A DNA stretch of 64,000 bases from Camelus ferus. Lineage: Eukaryota. Below the pieces are notes generated by a model. That model had not been told where the DNA came from and did no database searches. It saw only the letters and a list, made by a program, of their open reading frames with translations. Within the stretch, counting starts at the first letter, position 1. Every line of letters starts with the position of its first letter. Location: contig NC_045697.1 of assembly GCF_009834535.1 (NCBI RefSeq), forward strand, positions 38,442,001-38,506,000. The letters are read 5' to 3'. The translations under genes were made by a program, and so were the position numbers. Positions 11,693-23,280 of this stretch are shown piece after piece.

Positions 11693-12012
11693 CTGTGCTG
11701 TCTGTACCTGTAGCCACTGGTCCCCTGTGGCTATTGAGCATTTGCGATGTGGCCTGTCCAAATTGGAATGTGCCCTAAGTTTAAATAAGCACCAGATTCC
11801 AAACACTTGGTATGAAAAAAAAAAAGTAAAATATGTTATTGATAATTTTAAAATACCGGTAACATGTTGAAAAAAATGTTTTAGCTATGTTAGATTGACT
11901 AAAAACATCATTCAAGTTAATTTTAACCTTTTTTTAATTTTTTAAAATGTGCCTCCTAGAAAATTAAAACCTACCTATGTGACTTGCGTTGTATTTCTCT
12001 TAGGCAGTGTTG
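11693..12012 (+). mobile_element. MER33 (hAT-Charlie)
   Basis: gtagccactggtcccctgtggctattgagcattt start. 8-bp TSD atctagac/ttctagac. Confidence 0.85.
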
Positions 12013-12793
12013 TTCTAGACCATCCCTTCATTTTACAGATGAGAAGGCTAAGTTCAGAGGTTAAGTAACTGAGCTGAGTTCTTTCCACTGCCTGTAATCT
12101 CTCCCTGCTAATGGGTTAGGTGCTCAAGAAAATGGGGACTCTTTGAACCATTAAAACACCGTTTAGTCCATGGCAATTACCGTATGTTGCAAGGTCTGCG
12201 TCTAAGTCATTGCGTGTTAGGTATTATGCGAGGGGTATGTGTGTGTATAGGAGAGGTGCTTGGTTTCATTTATAATGTTGCTATTTAGGGTCTGTCCTAT
12301 ATAGGTCAGAGACCCTCTAGCTTTATTCAGTTCTGAGAAGAGCACATTAAATGATTAGACATTAACAGTTGTAACTCTGGGATAAAAGAGATGTGGTGCT
12401 CATTTGGGTGGGTACTTCAATATATATTTCTTGTTGCAAAGTTTTGAATGAACCTTAAGGACCAAGCAGCAAGCTTGTCAGGCTGTATTCGTTTTGGAAG
12501 GAGGAGAACTGCCTGTGAAGAGAGATTACTTAGCCCGTGTTCTGAAGAAAGAGCTTATGAGCTGTTAGTCACCATCTCTTACCCATGGATGTGCCTTATG
12601 TCCCAGACGAAGAAGTAGCCAGGATTGGGTGCTGCCAAGCTCTGGCGCCAGAATGGGGGCTTCCTGTTAGTTTTCTGACATAATAGTCTTTAACTGGCAA
12701 TGATAAAAAGGAAGAAAACCTCAGGACCAAATTTGTTATTTTTAGTGGAGATTTTTTGTTTTCCTAATCAACATAGGCAGCTCAAATGAACAT

Positions 12794-13473
12794 TTTTTTT
12801 AACATTTTTTTTATTGAGTTACAGTCATTTTACAATGTGTCAAATTCCAGTGTAGAGCACAATTTTTCAGTTATACATGAACATACATATATTCATTGTC
12901 ACATTCTCTTTTTGCTGTGAGCCACCACAAGATCCTGTATACATTTCCCTGTGCTACACAGTACAATCTTGTTTATCTATTCTACATTTTGAAATCCCAG
13001 TCTGTCCCTTCCTACCCCCCATCCCCCTGGCAAGCACAAGTTTGTATTTTATGTCTATGAGCCTGTTTCTGTTTTGTATTTATTTACTTATTTATTTATT
13101 GATTGATTGATTTATGTATTTATGTATTTATTTATTTTTAGATTCTGCATATGAGTGATCTCATGGTATTTTTCTTTCTCTTTCTGCTTACTTCACTTAG
13201 AATGACATTCTCTAGGAATATCCATGTTGCTGCAAATGGTGTTATGCTGTCGGTTTTTATGGCTGAATAGTATTCCATTGTATAAATATACCACATCTTC
13301 TTTATCCAGTCATCTGTTGATGGACATTTAGGCTGTTTCCATGTCTTGGCTATTGTAAATAGTGCTGCAGTGAACACTTGGGGTGCAGTTGTCATTTTGA
13401 AGTAGGGTTCCTTCTGGATACATGCGGGATTCCAGGGTCATCTGGTAAGTCTATTCCCAGTCTTTTGAGGCAT
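12794..13473 (-). mobile_element. Young L1 3' end with TSD
   Basis: ORF 13138..13395 has the L1 ORF2 C-terminus ([19 protein letters not shown]). TSD tcaaatgaacat at 12782-12793 and 13474-13485. Internal (TATT)n at about 13078-13138. Confidence 0.92.
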
Positions 13474-14339
13474 TCAAATGAACATCTTAAAGGTGTTATG
13501 TTGTTATGTTATGCAGTTTCAGATCTAGCCTTTCTTTTTTCTGCCCACAGCGTGCTAAGTTACTATCAGTTTGTTATCTGTGACAACTCGTGAACAACTT
13601 TGTCAGGCAACCCCTGACACTTCAGTTAATCTCATCGTCCATACTAGTTGGTAATGTACATGAATTTATCCTTTTAGTAGGAGTGGTGTGGAGGCTTAGA
13701 GAAGATATACAGCCACTTCCTTATAGAAGTATTTCTGGATCATCATTTTCCTATGCTTTTTGTCTGTTATGAACAACTCAGGTTTGATCCTAGGTACAGA
13801 GAAACAAAACAAGAGAGCAACCTTTGAATGGTTACCTTGGAGTAGGGCAACATAAGTAACTGTGGTATGAAGTTTAATGAGAAATACCATGACCATCCAC
13901 ATCTCATTGTAACCCCAGTTTACAGTGAGTCATTGTAAACCCAGTTTATCTTATGTAAGCAGACATGTGTTGAGTACTGTGCACCCTGGGCTGGGCACTA
14001 TGGACATAGCACCAAAAGAACAAAGTTGAGGGGGGAGTACAAGTCACTTGAATGTGAACTTTGGTTGTAGTTTCTAGTTGAGAAAAGAAGGTAGCATTTT
14101 TGCATTGCTGCAGGTTGAATGAATGAATGCATTAGGGTTTATGTTCTACAATTCACTAGCTGATTTCATGTGCTGTCATGTTTAATGTCATGTCCCGTTT
14201 CTAGCAGTAACCAGCTTTTTTCCTTTGTGTCTCTGGGACAGTCATTTGGGATGTTGGGAGGTGTGTTGCCCCGTGGGGAGTCACATTGAACGTGGAAGGG
14301 TAGCACTTGTACCCTGAATTCCTCCTCCTTTCCCAGATC

Positions 14340-14820
14340 CAGCGGTTCATACCAGGCACTGTGGAGTTGCTAGTGAATATAAAAATGAAGAACTCACAGT
14401 CTAATAAAGAAGAAAGACAAGGCAGAATGTAAAGTGTGCTACGATAGAAGGTCGAAGTGCTGTGGGAACTCAGAGGAAGGGGTGTTTTGGTGAAGGAGAG
14501 AATGAAGAAAGATAAGGAGGTAGCTTACAGAGGAAGTGATATTTGAGCTGGATCTTGAAAGCTGGGTAGAGTTTTGAAAGATGGAGAGGACTGGAAGGGT
14601 ATTGTAGAGGTAGGGAACAGAGTGAGCAAAGATAAGGCAAGCGTGAGAGCCATGGTATACTGAGGTGGCAGGAACATCAGGCATGGCAGAGAGTGGTGGG
14701 AGGCAAGACTACAAAGAGAGATTTGAAAGGCTAAAGAGTGCCAACATTTTTCAGGCACTTGGGGGAGCTATCAGAAGCAAGGAGTGATGTAATTGTACAT
14801 AATCTGGAAGGATGACTGGA
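14340..14820 (-). mobile_element. L2 fragment
   Basis: Purine-rich antisense-L2-like text (gaggaagtgatatttgagctggatcttgaa). Confidence 0.65.
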
Positions 14821-15036
14821 AGTTAAGCCTGTTTCAAAGGCCAGGTTTCCCTCTAATTAACTTAGTGACCGTGGGCAAGTCACTTTACTTCTCTGGGCCT
14901 CAGATAATCGCATGTATAAAACAAAAGGGCAGGGCAAGAGTTATCCAGTCAATCAGTAAACAAATACAGTAGTTACCAGGAGCTTGGTCTGTGCCAGGTG
15001 CTGTTGTTGGTGCTGGGATATGAAAGAAAACATACA

Positions 15037-15175
15037 GGGGACAGGGTATGGCTCAGTGGTAAAGCGTGTGCTTAGTGTGCATGAGGTCCTGGGTTCAGTC
15101 CCCAGTACCTCCATTAAAATGAATGAATGAATGAATAGTAAATAATTAAACTTAATTACACCCCCCCCCCCAAAA
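15037..15175 (+). mobile_element. tRNA-derived SINE (Vic-1-like)
   Basis: gggtatggctcagtggtaaagcgtgtgcttagtgtgcatgaggtcctgggttcagtccccag. TSD acatacag. Confidence 0.9.
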
Positions 15176-16107
15176 GCAGACATACAGTCAGGGCCCTTTG
15201 CTGTGGAGATGATCTTCCGGTGTATGTGTATAATACAGCATCAGGTGGTGATAAAGTACTAGAAGGAAAATCCAGCTGAGCGAGCGGAGTGAAACGTGGT
15301 CCTGTTTTGAGAGAGAGCAGCCCGGAGAACTTTGAATGAAGTGAAAGAAGCCATGGGAATATTTGGAGTCTCTTCCAGATCTCGAATCATACGTATAATT
15401 AAGTGAAAAGCTATGGGAGTTCAGTCTCTTCTTCAACATTGATTAAAGTCAGTTTCCAAATAGATTGTTGTTCTTACAGTTTTGATTAGCGTTCCACCAC
15501 TAATGGTTATTGATGGGCAGACTCCTTTGAGCACTCCATCTTTGAAATAGCTCGACTAAGTACAGCATAATCTCATTTTAGAAAACAATTTCTTCAGTGT
15601 TCTGAAAGAATGCCCCTTGTGTTGGTAATCCTCCACCTCATCCGCCAGCGCATTATCCATCTCAAAGCTTGTGGCTTAGGGAAGGGGAAGCAGTTTAAGC
15701 AACGAGATTTAGGGTGGTAGTTCAATATATCAGATGGCTCTTCTAAGTTATTTTAATATAAATTAAAATTAAGTGGGAGCTCTGGGACAGCCTTGTTTTA
15801 ATTAGAGTTGGAATGCATCTTAGGAGACCATTTCTGCCAGTTATAATCATAACAGTGGCATTATGTTTTTTCTAAAAAAAGAATCCTTAATAAGCTGGGT
15901 CTTTCCTGAGGTCTTAAGAAGTTTATTTTATAGATGATTCATATCAAATTACGTCTTTGGCCCTAAACCTTTTCCTTGGAGATGTGAAACAGTTGCACAG
16001 TAATCCTCAGAAGAGGATGCTTAAAACTGTCTTGTTCTTGACATGCACTGTTAGGTTGGGAAATCTGGACTTAACAGTGTATCAAGGACCATTCACAGGA
16101 AGTTTTA

Positions 16108-16463
16108 TTTTACTTTATTTTTTTCCATTTTTAAAAATTGTAGTATAGTCAGTTTACGATGTTGTGTCAGTTTCTGGTGTACAGCATAATGTTTCAGTCA
16201 TACATATACATACCTATCTTCCTTTTCATATTCTTTTTCATTATAGGTTCATACAAGATCTTTAAAATGTTTTTTAATTTTAAAAATTAAATTTATTATT
16301 TAAAAAAAACTTTACTTTTTTTGGGGAGGTAGTTAGGTAGTAAACCTGACTTATTTATTTATTTATGTTTGCTAAGCATGTGCTCTACCACTTGAGCTAT
16401 ACCCACCTCCCCCAAGGTATTGAATATAGTTCCCTGTGCTGTGCAGTAGAAACATGTTGTTTA
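16108..16463 (-). mobile_element. L1 3' tail with nested truncated SINE (about 16261-16413, - strand)
   Basis: L1 tail gtatagtcagtttacgatgttgtg...tattgaatatagttccctgtgc split by a SINE (gctaagcatgtgctctaccacttgagctatac). Outer TSD cacaggaagtttta/cacatggagtttta. Confidence 0.8.
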
Positions 16464-16959
16464 CACATGGAGTTTTAAGTTGATTTCCCACAAGTTAGGT
16501 CTGCAGTGTTGGGAAGCTAGAGTGAGCGGTAAACTACTCTCAGAGAGAGTGTAAGGTGGGATCCCTGACCTTACGCTGGCGTGGAATCCAGGCTGTTGCT
16601 TTGCTTCCTTGCCTAGCCGTTCACAGCCAGTGACACTGGCCCTGCCTGAATTATTTAGCTTATCTTATCCGTGAAGATAGTTACAAGGAGTTGTTCTAGA
16701 ACCAGATGACTTACAAATTTGGGGCTTGCACATGTATTTTTGTCTTCTCTTCGTTCCCCCTCCTCCTGAAGATAGAAATACCTCCTAGTCTTTGGTTCTT
16801 GCCTGCTGGTTGTTTATAACCCCTGCTCTAGATTGCCTCATTCTGCCAGTCCCTGTTGCAATATGATTTATCGTTTTAAAATTAAATTCTCATTATAGTT
16901 CCCTCATGCATCTACCTTCCTCAGAATGTTTAGTTGTGCTATAGAGCTTAAGAAAGAGA

Positions 16960-17005
16960 GGTAAGAAAAAGGAAGGAAGGAAGGAAGGAGGGAAAAAAGA
17001 AAGGG
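16960..17005. repeat. (GGAA)n-like purine-rich microsatellite
   Basis: ggaaggaaggaaggaaggaggga read directly. Confidence 0.85.
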
Positions 17006-18404
17006 AATTCTGTTTGAACCTTGTACTAACAGGTCATGTTAATATTTGATTAGCTCATTATATCTGAATTTCCAATATTCTTTCCCCTCCAAATGTTAAA
17101 AAATATTTTTATTGTAAAATATTTATACAGTTTACCATTTTAACCGTTTTTAAGTGTACAGTTTATTGACATTAGGGGCATTCAAAATGTTATGCAACCA
17201 TCACCCCATCTACTTCCAGAACTTTCTCACATCCCAAACAGAAACTCTGTTTGTATCTGTTATCAACAACTCCTCATTTCCCCCATCCCCTGGTAACCTC
17301 TAATCCACTTTCTATCTCTGTGAATTTGCCTATTCTAGGTACCTCATGTAAGTGGGATCACATAATATGTCTTTTTGTGGCTGACTTATTTCATTCAGAA
17401 TGATGTTTTCAAGATTTATTTATGTTGTAGTATATATCAGACCTTTATTCTTTATGGCTGAATAAGATTCCATTGTATGAATATAATACATTTAAAAAAA
17501 ATCCATTCATCTGGTGATGAACACTTGGGCTGCTTCCATGTTTTGGTTGTTGTAAATAATGCTGCTTTGAACATGGGTGTACAAATATCTCTGTGAGAAC
17601 CTGCTTTCAGTGTTTTTGGATATGTACCTAGGAATGGAATTGATGGATCATATGGTAATTCTATTTTTTGAGGAATCACCATACTGTTTTCTATGTTGAC
17701 TATACCATTTTAAATTCCTACCAGCAAAGCACAAGGGTTTTGATTTCTCTACATCCTTGCCAACTATTGTTTTTTTTTTTATAGTGACCATCCTGAGAGA
17801 TGTGAAGTGATATCTTGTTTTTGATTTGCTTTTCCCTAATAATTAGAACTTGAATATCTTATCATGTGTTTATTGGCCATTCCTGTATCTTCCTTGGAGA
17901 TATGTCTGCTCAAGTTGCTTTCCCACTTTTGAATCAGATTGTTTGCTTTTTTGTTGTCAAGTTTTAGGAGTTCTCTATATATTTTGGCTTTTAATCCCTT
18001 ATCAGATATATGATTTGCAAATATTTTCTTCTATTCTGTGGTTGCTCTTTTATTCTGTGGATAGTGTCTTTTGATGCACAAAATTTAAAATTTTTCATAA
18101 AATCAAATGTGTCTGTTTTTTCTTTTGTTACCTGTGTCTTTGTGGTCATATGCAAGAAATCATTGCCAAATCCAATATTGTGAAGCTTTTGTCCTATGTT
18201 TTCTTCTAAGAATTTTATTGTTTTAGATCTTACAGTTTGGTCCTTGATTCATTTTGAGTTAATTTTTGTATGTGGTGTTAGGTAAGGGTCCAGCTTCATC
18301 TTTCTGCATGTGGATGTCAACTTTTCCTAGCACCATTTGTTGAAAAGACTGTTCTTTCTGCATTGAATGATCTTAGTGCCCTTGTCAAAAATCATTTGAC
18401 CTGC

Positions 18405-18527
18405 GGGGGAGGGTATAACTCAGTGGTAGAGCACATTTTTAGCATGGGTTTGATCCCCAGTTCCTCTGTCAAATAGAAAATAATAATGATAATAAATAAA
18501 TAAAATAAATATTACCCCCCCCCCCAA
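18405..18527 (+). mobile_element. tRNA-derived SINE (Vic-1-like) nested in L1
   Basis: gggggagggtataactcagtggtagagc with TSD atcatttgacc. Confidence 0.88.
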
Positions 18528-20269
18528 TATCATTTGACCCTATGTGCAATAGTTTATTGCTGGGCTCTCTGTTGTATTCCATTGGTCTATACGTCTTTCC
18601 TTATGACTGCATTGTTTGGATGGCTATAGCTTTGTATTATGTTTTGAAATTAGGAAGTGTGAGTCTTCCAGTTTTGTTCTTCTATTTCAAGATTGCTTTG
18701 GCTATTAGGAGCTCCTAGAGATTCCATATGAATTTTAGAATAAGTTTTCTATGTTTGCCAAAAATCATCATTGGGATTTTGATAGGGATTGCATTGAATC
18801 TGTAGATGGCTTTGAGTAGTATTGACATTTTAACAATATCAAGTCTTCAAATCCATGAACATGGGATGTGTTTCCATTTATTTTTATTTAATTTCTTTTA
18901 GCAGTGTTTTGCAGTTTTCATTATACAAGTCTACACTGTCTTGGTTAAGTTAATTGTGATGTATTTTATTCTTTTTGATGGTATTGTAAATGGAATTTTT
19001 TTGTAATTTCCTTTTCAGATTGTTGATTGTGTGTGTAGAGATACAATTGATTTTTGTGTGCTAACTTTGTATCCTGCTACTTTGCTGAATTCATTTTTTC
19101 TAACAGCTTTTTTGTGGAGTCGCTAGGGTTTTCTACAGAGATAATTTTACATCTTTCTTTCTTTCCAATTTGGATGCCTTTTTTTCTTTTTCTTGTCTAA
19201 TTGTTCTGGCTAGAACTTCCAGGACTATGTGGAATAGAAGTGGTGAAAGCAGACATCTTTGGTTTGTTGCTGATACTCGGGGGGAAACTTTCAGTCTTTT
19301 GCCATTGAGTATGATGTTTTCTGTGGGTTTTTATCTGAATAGACCAATAACAAATAATTTAGAGAATAAAAGCAATATAGATTTTCCCCCATGATTTAAT
19401 CTTGGTAGTTTTTTTTGTTTGTTTGTTTCAGGGAATTTGTCCATTTCATCTAGGTTATCCAATTTTTTGGCAAACAACTGATCATAGTATTCTCTTCTAA
19501 TACTTTTTATTTCTGTAGAATTAGTAGTAATGGCCCACTTTCATTCCTGATTTTAGTAATTTGAATCTTTTATCTTTTTTTCTTAGTCCAATGAAAGGTT
19601 TGTCAATTTTGTTGATCATTTCAAAGAACCAACTTTCGGTTTCATTGATATTCTTTTCTATTTTACTATTCTCTGTTTCATTTCTCTCTGCTCTAATCTT
19701 GATTATTTCCTTACCTTTGCTAGTTTGGGGTTTAGTTTGTTCTTTTTCTAGTTCTTTAAGTTGTAAAGTTAGGTTGTTGATTTGAACTCTCATTTTTTAA
19801 TGTAAATATTTATAGCTAATAATTTCCCTCCTAGCACTGCTTTTGCTGTGTCCCATAAATGTTGGTATGTTGTGTTTTCACTTTCATTAATCTCTAAACA
19901 TTTTTAAATATCCCTTGTGATTTCTTCTTTGATCCATTGGTTGTTTAAAAGTGTTTTGTTTAATTTCCACAGTTTTGTGAATTTTCCACTTTTACTTTTG
20001 TTATTGATTTCTTACTTTATCCTGTTGTGGTCAGAGAAGACGCTTTGTATGATATCTGTCTTTAAAATCTGTTGAGACTTAATTTGTTGTCTAACAGAAG
20101 GTCTGTCCTGGAAAATGTCCCATGTGTACTTGTTGCATAAAGTGTTCTGTATGTCTGTTAGATCTTGTTGGTTTATTTTGTTGTTTAAATCCTCTCTTTC
20201 CTTATTTACCTTCTGTGTGGTTGTCCTACCCATTTATTGTGAGTGGAGTACTGAAGTCTCCAACTGTTA

Positions 20270-20747
20270 TAGGTCTTCCTTGAGTTACAATGGGGTTATG
20301 TTCCAGTAAACTCATCATAAGCTGAAAATATCGTAAGTTGAAAAAGCACTTAATATACCTTACCTACTGAACATCACAGCTTAACCTAGCCTATCTTAAA
20401 TGTACTCATTTACATTGGCCTACAGCTGGGCAAAGTAATCTGACCCAAAACCTATTTTATAATAGTGTTTAATATCTCATGTAATTCATTGACTGCTGAA
20501 CTGTAAGTGAAAAACACAATGGTTATTAAGTGTATTGCTTGTTTAGCCTCATGATTTTGTGGCTGACTAGGAGCTGCAGTTCGCTGCTACTGCCCAGCAT
20601 CATGAGAGAGTATCATCCCGCATATCTCTAGCCAAGGGAAAGATCAAAGTCCAAAATTCGAACTACAATTTCTATTGAATGAGTATCACTTTAACACCAT
20701 CGTAAGGTCAAAACACTGTAAACTGAACAATCATAAATAGGGAACCT
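20270..20747 (+). mobile_element. Tigger5/MER47-family DNA transposon nested in L1 ORF2
   Basis: ttacaatggggttatgttccagtaaactcatcataagctgaaaatatcgtaag matches the recalled MER47/Tigger5 terminus. L1 sequence resumes at about 20750. Confidence 0.85.
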
Positions 20748-23136
20748 ATTCCTGGGTCATGTGTTTTTATCTATTCTGCCAATCTGTGTCTTTTGATTGG
20801 AGAGTTTAATTCATTTACATTTAAAGTGATTACTGATAGGTAGGGATTTACTTCTGTCATTGTGTTATTTGTCTTCTATTTGCCTTCAGGCTTTTTTATC
20901 TCTCATTTCCTACATTACTGTCTTTTTCTGTTTAGTTGATTTTTTTATAGTCAAATGTTTAAAGTCCTTTCCCATTTCCTTTTGTGTATATTCTGTAGCT
21001 ATTTTCTTTGCAGTTACCATGGGGATTACATTTAACATCCTAAAATTGTAATACTCTAATTAGATTTTATACTAGCTTAACTTCAATAACATACAAAAAC
21101 TGCTCCTTTACAGCTCTTTCCCCACCCCTTTTGGTTGTTGTTGTCATAAAATTACATCTTTATGTTTATTGTGTGCCAAAAAACGTACTCTAATAATTCT
21201 TTTAAATGCATTCATCTCCTAACTTACATAGAAATCAATATTTGGAGTTACACACATTGTTACAGTAACACTAGCTTTTACATTAGTAATTATTTTTTCT
21301 CTTAAATCATATAGAAAGCAAACAAAAAGTATAGTTACAAACCATTGTTATGATAATACTAGCTTTTATAATTGCTCATGTGGTTACCTTTCTTGAGATC
21401 TTTATTTCTTTATACAGCTTTGAGTTACTGTCTGTAGTGTCCTTTCATTTCAACTAGCAGGACTCTCTTGAGCATTTCTTGCAGATCAGGTCTAGTGGTC
21501 ATAAACTCCCTCAGTTTTGGTTTATTTGGGAATGTCTTAATTTCTCCCTCACTTTTGAAGGACAGTTTTGGTGGATATTGGTTTCTTGGTTGACAGTGTT
21601 TTTTGTTTGTTTTTTAGCACATTGAATATACAAGCCCACTGCCCTCTGGCCTCCAAAATTCCCGTGAGAAATCTGCTGATAATCCTGTTGAGGACCCCTT
21701 GTATGTGGTGATTTGCTTCTCTCTTGCTGCTTTAACGTTTCTCTCTTTGTCTTTTGGTTTGTTAATCATTGTGTCTTGGTGTGGTCTCTGAGTTCATCTT
21801 AGCTGATATTCATTGAACTTTTGGGATTTTTATATTTATGTCTTTCATCAAATTTGTGCAGTTTCAGCCAGTACTTCTTCTAATATTCTTTCTGTCCCTT
21901 TCCTTTCTCTCTCTCCTCACTCTAGGATTCTCATGATGCATATGTTGGTTAGCTTGATGGTATTCCACAGGTCCCTTAGGTTCTCTTTGCTCTTCTTCAA
22001 TCTTTTTTTCTTTCTTTTCCTCAGCCTTAATAATTTCTATTGCTTGTCTTCGAGTTCATGAATTCTCTCTTCTGCCTGCTTAAATCTACCTTTGAATCCA
22101 TCTAGTGAATTTTTCATTTCTGTTACTGTACTTTTCAGCTCCAGAATTTCTTTTTAGATTTTGTATTTCTTTATTGATATCTCCATTTTGTTCACACATT
22201 CTTTTCTTAACTTTCTCCACCTCTTCCTTTAGTTTCTTGAGCATCTTTAAGATAGTTGTTTTGAAGTCTTTGTCTAGTATATCTGTCATTAGGTCTCTCA
22301 GGGACAGTTACTAGTCTACTGATTTATTTTTTCCTTTGAATGGACCTTGCTTTCCTGTTTCTTTGTAAGCCATGTGATTTTGTTGTTGTTGAACACTGGA
22401 CATTTGAGTCTAACTCTGGAAATCAGAGTCTCCCTATCCCCCGGGGTTCACTATCTTCTGTTATTTTGTTGTTGTTTTGATTGTTGTAGGTTGTCCCTGT
22501 GCTGAGAATTAGCCTGAAGTGTAAACTTAATGTCTTCTAAGGTCTTTTCTGAACCTTTCCCAGGGTATATGTGATCACTTCTAATTTTTCCCATATATGC
22601 AGTTGGTTTTGGATATCCTGGTCTTCAATGTCTGACTCCCAAAAGGAAAGAAAGTGAAAAAAGGAGGGTGGAAATGGGTATTGGCCTTTTAAGTTCCCAG
22701 AAGTCACTTCAGCCACAGGGAGAGGAGCTTACAACAATGGGAAGAGATATAGCAACAATGGCTGCCAGCCCCTTTGCCTGCACCTCTGTGGTCAGGAGTA
22801 GCAATCAGCAATCACAGCACAGCTCCCCAGTATTTGGCGGGGGCAGAGCCCTTTTTGCCTACCCTGGCTCTTTCATGCTGTGTGCAATCTGCTCTAGGAA
22901 CCATGCACAGCTGCCTGCCATGTGGCTGAGGGTGGGGGACGGATAACTGCCGTGGTGCCAAGAGCTATAATTGCTGAAATTGACCAGAATTTACAGTCCA
23001 GGTCTTCCCCTGGAAATTTTAAGCTTTCAAGAGATTCCTGGCTTCCAAAATAGTTGCATCAAACAGGTTCTGCCAGTACAGTTGTTTTCTAGGTAGGGAG
23101 ACAGATTCTCTGCCATCCTCCCAGAATCCCTCTCCC

Positions 23137-23280
23137 CTTTGCCCATTTTTGAATTGGGATATTTGCCTTCTTTGTTGTTGAGTTGTGGAGTTTTTTATAT
23201 ATTCTGGATATTAATCACTTACCAGATACATGATTTGTAAATATTTTCTCTCATTCTAAGGATTGTCTTTTCACTTGTTA
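23137..23280 (-). mobile_element. Separate older L1 ORF2 fragment abutting the 5' end of the long L1
   Basis: Homologous to 17920-18050 of the long L1 but diverged, so a second element. Confidence 0.75.

Larger units (their letters stand above)
17100..23135 (-). mobile_element. Near full-length decayed L1 (5' UTR, ORF1, ORF2, 3' UTR) with internal deletions and insertions
   Basis: Minus-strand ORF fragments in correct order: ORF1 coiled coil (22086-22289), endonuclease (20012-20233, IIQSVFSDHNRIK), post-EN (19521-19793, SWFFEMINKIDKP), ORF2 C-terminus (17452-17682). The 5' end reads gggattctgggaggatggcag (YY1-site-like). Confidence 0.92.

Noticed and set aside
17452..22289. ORFs with endonuclease, coiled-coil and C-terminal motifs as host genes
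   Set aside because: They are broken L1 ORF1/ORF2 fragments. The element is deleted, frameshifted and interrupted, so it is neither active nor evidently domesticated.
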